Sequence record: SRR31156797_2524 | Length of the DNA stretch: 36,105 bases | Strand: one strand, 5' to 3' | Shown here: piece after piece, positions 29,692 to 36,105 of the stretch | Numbering within the stretch: position 1 is the stretch's first letter | Layout of the letters: each line of letters opens with the position of its first letter | Program-made: the position numbers and the translations under genes | Notes under the pieces: generated by a model | What the model was told of the DNA's origin: nothing | Databases searched by the model: none | What the model saw: the letters and a program-made list of their open reading frames with translations, nothing else

Positions 29692-29816
29692 GTAACAGTT
29701 CAACAATGCTCCAGGTGAGTGCGAGCAGGCTGGATAACTATAGTAATACTCTGTTTGACTGCCTGATCGTGCGCAGAGGAAAACGAAAACTCCACGGGGT
29801 GCTGCTGAATAGCAAT
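29692..29816. repeat. 125-bp MITE/ERIC-like palindromic repeat, copy B (inverted relative to copy A)
   Basis: Degenerate terminal IR GTAACAGTTCAACA / TGCTGAATAGCAAT. Gap-free ~76% match to the reverse complement of 13946-14070. Confidence 0.85.
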
Positions 29817-30026
29817 AAATTAACAAAAAAGGAATGTACTTATTGAAATGTAAAACGGATTGACGCGAAAGTCAGCTGTTGTTTTACGGATGACGGGGAG
29901 AGTACACCAAGCTCTCTCCCCCGCTGTTGATCAGCCTAGGTAATACAGCTTTGGTACTGAGTCAGGTTAAGTCCATACTCCTTTTTACTGCTGATGATAA
30001 CTGTTAAAAATACAACACTGTTTTTA

Positions 30027-30491
30027 CTACCACTTGGTAAAAGGATGTTTACCAAGATTTGAATTAAAATAGCGCTGGTCTTCGGTCACTTCTGCACCTA
30101 CCCATTCTGGTTTCTGATAGGACTGGTATTCACTTTCAAGTTCTACTTCAGCAACCACCAGTCCCTGATTCTCACCAAAGAATTCATCCACCTCCCATAC
30201 AAAACCGTCATACTCGATCTTGTACCTGTTTTTTTCAATGAGCGGCTTGGCGCATAACTGGTCGAGCATGGCATTGGCGTCTTCCACAGGGATCTCATAT
30301 TCAAATTCGCTTCTGGTAGCCCCCTGACTCGCTCCCTTAACTGTTAGATATCCCTTATCTTCAATGGTTCTTACCCTAACTGTCGATTCCTTGCTTGTAC
30401 TCAGGTACCCCTGGCGATAGCGAACCCCTTGAGCCATTTTTTTCCACACCTCACCAACCAGTAAAAATTTCCGTTCTATCTCAACCCCCAT
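30027..30491 (-). CDS. CYTH-domain protein (triphosphate tunnel metalloenzyme / CyaB-like)
   Basis: EIERKF, RQGYL, VRVR, EFEYEI, WEVDEF and AEVEL motifs. GGAG SD. Confidence 0.9.
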   Translation of the reverse strand: MGVEIERKFLLVGEVWKKMAQGVRYRQGYLSTSKESTVRVRTIEDKGYLTVKGASQGATRSEFEYEIPVEDANAMLDQLCAKPLIEKNRYKIEYDGFVWEVDEFFGENQGLVVAEVELESEYQSYQKPEWVGAEVTEDQRYFNSNLGKHPFTKW

Positions 30492-30656
30492 ACCTGTTCT
30501 CTCCTTGTTCGAATTATTGTATTTCCTTTACTCTCACTTTTCAGGTAATCTCTCCTGCTGAAAACAATGTGCTTTACCGCGCCACTTATATATTTCTACT
30601 CTTTTGGGCATACCGTACCTATTATTTTCACTCCCTATTTTATGAAATGAAAAGCC

Positions 30657-31253
30657 ATGCAAACTGATTCCACAGTAACCCAACTAACCCTGCAGCTCCC
30701 ACAATGGGCGATTGATAAAACACAGACGCTGCCCCCCATCATGACCAGTATCGAAGAGAGAATGGAGACGATTCTTTTTTTCGCCGGTGCAAACTTCAAA
30801 AACAACACAGGCGGACCTTTTGCAGCGGGTGTATTTGAAGAGGCAAGCGGCAGATTTGTCTCCATCGGGGTTAACAGGGTTGTCCCCACCAACTGTTCAA
30901 CCGCCCATGCTGAAATCATGGCCCTGTCACTGGCCCAGGCCCAACTGAAAACCTATGATCTGGGCGCCCCTGGGTTCCCTTCCCATCAACTGGTGATAAA
31001 CTGGTGCCCCTGTGCCATGTGTTTTGGCGCTGTTCTCTGGTCAGGCATCCGCTCGCTGGTCATAGCAGGTGCCGGTACTCAGCTGGAAACCATCACCGGG
31101 TTTGACGAAGGCCCCATACATCCTGAATGGCGGCAGGAACTGCAAAAACGCGGCATTTCGCTCCAGGAAAATGTCCTTCACGACCAAGCCGTTGCGCAAT
31201 TTAAGGAGTTCGCCGCTTCCGGGCGACTTGTCTACAACGCAAGGCTTGGCTAG
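30657..31253 (+). CDS. Zn-dependent nucleoside/nucleobase deaminase (cytidine/guanine deaminase-like)
   Basis: GGPFAA, HAE and PCAMC Zn motifs, GFDEGP. Confidence 0.85.
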   Translation: MQTDSTVTQLTLQLPQWAIDKTQTLPPIMTSIEERMETILFFAGANFKNNTGGPFAAGVFEEASGRFVSIGVNRVVPTNCSTAHAEIMALSLAQAQLKTYDLGAPGFPSHQLVINWCPCAMCFGAVLWSGIRSLVIAGAGTQLETITGFDEGPIHPEWRQELQKRGISLQENVLHDQAVAQFKEFAASGRLVYNARLG

Positions 31254-31348
31254 ACCGGATTTTTTATGACAAACAACAGCCAGCTAGACTGGCTGCATCA
31301 ATCCAAGAATAAACACAAGATATTTTTCCCATACTTTTACCTGATCTT

Positions 31349-32281
31349 ATGATTCGCATAATGCTTCTCGGCCTTTTGGCAGGACTCTTTTTCAGTACCA
31401 CTTTTATCCTCAACCGGGCTATGAGCCTTGAAGGGGGACACTGGTTCTGGTCGGCCTCATTGCGTTACGGGTATATGTTTGTGTTTCTTGCTCTTTGCCT
31501 CCTGTTCTCTAAAGGCAAGTCGTATTGCTTTCAACTCATGCAGGAATTCATCCGCCACTGGCTATTTTGGGTATTTACCGGCAGTATTGGGTTTGGTGGT
31601 TTTTACGCACTTATTTGCTTTGCAGCAGACTTTTCCCCAGGGTGGGTGGTGGCAACGACCTGGCAACTGACCATCATTGCCTCCCTTTTTGTCCTGCTCC
31701 TTTTCGGAAAGAAGTTCTCGCCCAGAATCTGGCTTTTCTCTTCGGTGGTCTTCTGCGGGGTTCTTTTGGTCAATGTCAGCCAGATTGAAACAGCCCACCT
31801 CAAAGAACTCCTTCTGGGAGCCCTCCCGGTTCTCGTCGCAGCCTTCTGCTACCCGTTGGGCAACCAACTAGTGTGGGAAGCACAAAACGGCCATAAAAGG
31901 CTGCCCCATATAAATCCACAATTATTAGAAAATGGCTTTGCCAAAGTTTTCTTGTTAACCACCGGCAGCTTTCCGTTCTGGCTCGTACTCTTTGTTATGG
32001 TCTCCCCTGCCCCTCCTTCAGGCGGACAACTCTTCTCCGTTGCTCTGGTCGCCCTTTTTTCCGGAGTTATCGCGACCACCTTATTTCTTAATGCACGTCA
32101 CCTGGCGAACAATGCCAGTAAACTCGCAGCAGTGGATGCAACCCAATCAAGTGAAGTTATTTTTGCCCTTGCCGGAGAGGTGCTCATCCTTGGAGGCGGC
32201 TTGCCCAATAGCCTTGGTCTTATCGGTATCCTGATAACAGTTGCAGGGCTTATCGCCTTTGTTCGTCATGATCACACATAG
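31349..32281 (+). CDS. YjlA-like DMT-superfamily (multidrug efflux family) membrane transporter
   Basis: N-terminal FFSTTFILNRAMSLEGGHWFWSASLRY and YPLGN / ATQSSEVIF motifs. About 10 TM. Confidence 0.75.
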   Translation: MIRIMLLGLLAGLFFSTTFILNRAMSLEGGHWFWSASLRYGYMFVFLALCLLFSKGKSYCFQLMQEFIRHWLFWVFTGSIGFGGFYALICFAADFSPGWVVATTWQLTIIASLFVLLLFGKKFSPRIWLFSSVVFCGVLLVNVSQIETAHLKELLLGALPVLVAAFCYPLGNQLVWEAQNGHKRLPHINPQLLENGFAKVFLLTTGSFPFWLVLFVMVSPAPPSGGQLFSVALVALFSGVIATTLFLNARHLANNASKLAAVDATQSSEVIFALAGEVLILGGGLPNSLGLIGILITVAGLIAFVRHDHT

Positions 32282-32284
32282 TGA

Positions 32285-32869
32285 TCAGCTTGCAGCAAAG
32301 TAGCGAGGTTCATTACCTGACTTCCATTTTATATTGCACCCCATACTAGGTTTTTGCTCCTCTGCAACCGGATTACCGCTGATCAAGGCGTCAAGGGCAC
32401 GGCGAAGATCTTTTCCTGTTACAGGTATATCACTGCCAGGCCTCGATCCATCAAGTTGGCCACGGTAAACGAGCAGTTTACGGCTATCAAACAGGAAAAA
32501 ATCCGGTGTACAGGCAGCCTGATATATTTTAGCCACTTCCTGGGAGGCATCGAACAGATAGGGAAAAGTATACCCCTGTTTGATCACCTCTTCCTGCATT
32601 TTTTCATAACTGTCATCTGGATGGGTTACAGCATCATTTGCATTAATAGCTACCATAGCAATACCTTTAGGAACATACTCCCTGCCAATGGCCGCTAATT
32701 CCTGGGCTATATGCTTCACATAGGGACAGTGGTTGCACATAAAAACAACCAGCAACCCAGCTTCCGGAGCAAGAGTATCAATACTTACAGTTTTACCGGT
32801 AGTATCGGGCAGGGAAAAATCAGGTGCTTGTGTTCCTATTTCCAACATGTTTGATGCAGTTAAAACCAT
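32285..32869 (-). CDS. AhpC/TSA-like thioredoxin-family (redoxin) protein
   Basis: APDFSLPD, FMCNHCPYV, ACTPDFF, YRGQLD and GCNIKWK. GGAG SD. Confidence 0.88.
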   Translation of the reverse strand: MVLTASNMLEIGTQAPDFSLPDTTGKTVSIDTLAPEAGLLVVFMCNHCPYVKHIAQELAAIGREYVPKGIAMVAINANDAVTHPDDSYEKMQEEVIKQGYTFPYLFDASQEVAKIYQAACTPDFFLFDSRKLLVYRGQLDGSRPGSDIPVTGKDLRRALDALISGNPVAEEQKPSMGCNIKWKSGNEPRYFAAS

Positions 32870-33249
32870 TTTATCGCTCCTCTGTTAACAGGTATTTATC
32901 TGTGGATAATATATAGCCTAGGAGTCTGCTCTCATGGCTGTAAATGAAACGGAAGAGTCCCTGATGGAATTCTCAAAAGCGTTTCAGCGCACAACATAAT
33001 CATCTTCCTTCTCTTTACCAACATGATCGCCGCCATATAAATGAGCAGCTCACTGCCTCTGCCACTGGAAATACTTTCCATTTTACAAAAAACATCCCTG
33101 CCATTAGCAGTTGAAAACAAAACAAAATCAGTATATTGTACATTTATCAGACAGCATACCCTTAACCTGGTGGTGTATGCTTAGCGGCAATTCCTCTGCC
33201 CAAAGAACACCAGCAGGCAGTCTCCTTTTATTTTGCTCTACAGGATACC

Positions 33250-34119
33250 ATGATTCACAATGGCATTTTCTTTGGCCTCACAGCGGTTGACATCATCCAC
33301 TACGTTCCCCGTTTTCCAGGTGTCAACGAAAAGATAAAAAGTGAAAGGCTGCTTACTTATGCAGGTGGGCCAGCAACAAATGCGGCCGTCGCTTTTAGCG
33401 CACTCGGTAACACCTCAACCCTTATCACCGCGATTGGCAACCATTCAGGTGGAATGTATATAAAAGAAGAGCTCAACGACTGGGGTGTGGATGTCAGGGA
33501 CTACACCAACCAACCTGAGCGGCCCCCGATAATGGCTTCAATCATTGTTGACCTTTCCAACGGCAATCGCATGGTTGTCTCTACCAACACTGATACCAGG
33601 CGGCTTAAACGTGAGGCATCAAACGAATCACTGCTGGAAAACAAAGATATCCTCATGCTGGATGGTCACTATATGGAGCAGGCTGTGATGATGGCAGAAA
33701 AAGCCAGCGCGCTGGATATCCCCACCGTACTTGATGGAGGCAGCTGGAAGGAAGGAGAAGAGGCACTCCTGCCTTTTATCGATTTTGCTATCTGCTCTGC
33801 TGACTTCTTCCCCCCTGAATGTAGTGACCAAGATGCTGTTATTAACTATTTACAAAATCATGGCATTCAAAAAATAGCCATCACCCGGGGGGCCGATCCG
33901 GTGGTGGTCGTTGACAAATCAGAAAAGACAAAAGTACCCGTTATGGATGTCAAACCCATAGATACTCTTGGTGCTGGTGATATTTTCCATGGAGCATTTT
34001 GTCATTTTATTCTCCAAAACGACTACCTTACCAGTATTGCCAGGGCTGCTGAAATAGCCAGCCTTTCCTGCACCTCTCTAGGTACGAGGAGCTGGATAGA
34101 ACAGGAACGATTTATTTAA
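33250..34119 (+). CDS. PfkB/ribokinase-family carbohydrate kinase
   Basis: GGPATNAA N-terminal signature and DTLGAGD C-terminal signature. Confidence 0.9.
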   Translation: MIHNGIFFGLTAVDIIHYVPRFPGVNEKIKSERLLTYAGGPATNAAVAFSALGNTSTLITAIGNHSGGMYIKEELNDWGVDVRDYTNQPERPPIMASIIVDLSNGNRMVVSTNTDTRRLKREASNESLLENKDILMLDGHYMEQAVMMAEKASALDIPTVLDGGSWKEGEEALLPFIDFAICSADFFPPECSDQDAVINYLQNHGIQKIAITRGADPVVVVDKSEKTKVPVMDVKPIDTLGAGDIFHGAFCHFILQNDYLTSIARAAEIASLSCTSLGTRSWIEQERFI

Positions 34120-34151
34120 ATACGTAGTTCTCTGTCGGAGAGCAGAGCAGC

Positions 34152-35039
34152 TCACCTCTGACGATAGGGAATTTGACAATAGTCTATCCCCTTTGAAGGC
34201 ACAATCCCGTGCTGGCCAAGAAACATCTGCAGCGAATTCATTGAAATATTGATATTCGATGTTGGCCCGAGATAGCAATGATCCAGTTGCGGCGGTCTTC
34301 CTGAAACCAGCTGAAGGTCAAACTCCACATACGGGACCAGCATGGCATTGGCCTCTCTAAATAACACAGGGGATTCGGTTCGACTTATCAATACCGGCGA
34401 GACAATACGCCACTCCTTTTCTTCACGAAAAGAGGGATGCTTCAAAATCGCTGCAATCCGTAACAAATCGATCTCTATTTGCTCAAAAATAATGTGATAC
34501 AGAACGGATAATTCTTCACACGTTTCGCCTCCGCGCACCTGCTGCTCCACGTTAGCCTCAATAACATCCACCACCTGGGCGATAAGTTGCCGCTGCCGTG
34601 CTGGATCGTAAATGCACTTGCCGATCTGAAATTGCTGTTTGTGTGCGCATTCAAGAATATAATCAGCAGCAAATCCCAAACTCACCCCTTTACCATGGGT
34701 ACTGTACCCGCGCCACTGACTCAACAGGTTGCCATGCGAGCGAAAGGATGCTCCAAAAAGCATATGCCCGTTAGTGATCCTATAGGCAACCCAATCAACA
34801 AATTGTCCCAACAGGTCAGCCTTGCCGCGCCCTTTGGCCAAACGATTCTGTACCTCCACCCTAATAAGATCAGCCGAATGTCTCAGCTCTGCTGAATCAT
34901 TCATGTACCTAATGTCACTTGCCCATAATTTATTACTGCCGACAATGCCCAGTAAACCGGTCAGGGTTGTATAGTGATAGAGGTGATCTTTGGGAATATC
35001 GCTAAATAATTGCTCGGTTAATTTTCCAATTTCTTCCAT
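34152..35039 (-). CDS. DUF2971-like protein (ORF open to 35114, but ATG 35039 is the likely start)
   Basis: LYHYTT, MNDSAE, SQWRGY and KHPSFREEKEWR patterns. GGGGAG...GGA SD-like sequence upstream of 35039. Confidence 0.75.
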   Translation of the reverse strand: MEEIGKLTEQLFSDIPKDHLYHYTTLTGLLGIVGSNKLWASDIRYMNDSAELRHSADLIRVEVQNRLAKGRGKADLLGQFVDWVAYRITNGHMLFGASFRSHGNLLSQWRGYSTHGKGVSLGFAADYILECAHKQQFQIGKCIYDPARQRQLIAQVVDVIEANVEQQVRGGETCEELSVLYHIIFEQIEIDLLRIAAILKHPSFREEKEWRIVSPVLISRTESPVLFREANAMLVPYVEFDLQLVSGRPPQLDHCYLGPTSNINISMNSLQMFLGQHGIVPSKGIDYCQIPYRQR

Positions 35040-35218
35040 TTTGTTTCTTTCCACTCCCCAAATAAATGTAACCGATACAAAATCGTCATCTACATCCTTT
35101 ACAAATGCAAACACCGCAAAGAAGCCACCGAAGAACAGCTTGAGTTTTTAAAACCCATCTGGTATGGAGCCTAATCAGCTCCATACTCTACTGACGAGCG
35201 CTATTATTGCCTTTTAAC

Positions 35219-35249
35219 CGCGTTAGCCCTTAAGTGGGCCGCGCTTTTT
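35219..35249 (+). terminator. Possible plus-strand intrinsic terminator upstream of kdnB
   Basis: CGCG-tta-GCCC-ttaagt-GGGC-CGCG followed by CTTTTT. Confidence 0.4.
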
Positions 35250-35268
35250 CTTGTTCCAACAAGGTTAA

Positions 35269-36105
<837 letters not shown>

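Noticed and set aside
29593..29826. 77-aa minus-strand ORF upstream of the PPDK-like gene
   Set aside because: It spans repeat copy B and overlaps the next gene's start, so the repeat explains it better.
29850..29921. Two hairpins (GTAAAAC..TGAC-GCGAAA-GTCA..GTTTTAC; GGGGAGAG/CTCTCCCC) considered as a riboswitch
   Set aside because: No match to riboswitch consensus I know and no U-tail. More likely a weak terminator or promoter-region palindrome.
32901..32909. Perfect DnaA box TGTGGATAA
   Set aside because: Single copy with no box cluster or oriC-type gene context. Plausible by chance.
32934..32999. 21-aa ORF MAVNETEESLMEFSKAFQRTT with AGGAG SD
   Set aside because: Too short, with no coupling to a neighbour or other support. 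It cannot be distinguished from chance.

Overview
Gene-dense bacterial chromosomal window. Gene content and style suggest a sulfate-reducing Desulfobacterota, probably Desulfobulbales (inference). In order it carries: a FadJ/FadB-like beta-oxidation enzyme and a long-chain acyl-CoA synthetase; a two-gene xanthine-dehydrogenase-family molybdoenzyme; an acyltransferase/alpha-beta-hydrolase fusion; a large MscS channel; an MFS transporter; a Cache-PAS-GGDEF-EAL protein; a LetA/LetB (7-MCE) lipid transport pair; a minus-strand run of a 1422-aa PPDK-like protein, a CopA-type ATPase and an unknown membrane protein; CYTH, Zn-deaminase, YjlA-like DMT, AhpC/TSA-like, PfkB and DUF2971-like genes; and a KdnB-like gene cut by the right edge (missing from the ORF track). 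I saw no rRNA, tRNA, CRISPR array or transposase. The most notable observations are three. (1) The PPDK-like protein keeps the ATP-grasp and phospho-His modules, lacks the pyruvate-binding barrel and has a ~920-aa unknown N-terminal region. (2) Two inverted, gap-free 125-bp repeat copies (about 76% identical) fold better on one strand than the other. (3) A structured leader with a 27-codon uORF is coupled to the c-di-GMP gene. All family calls come from motif recognition by eye, not database searches.
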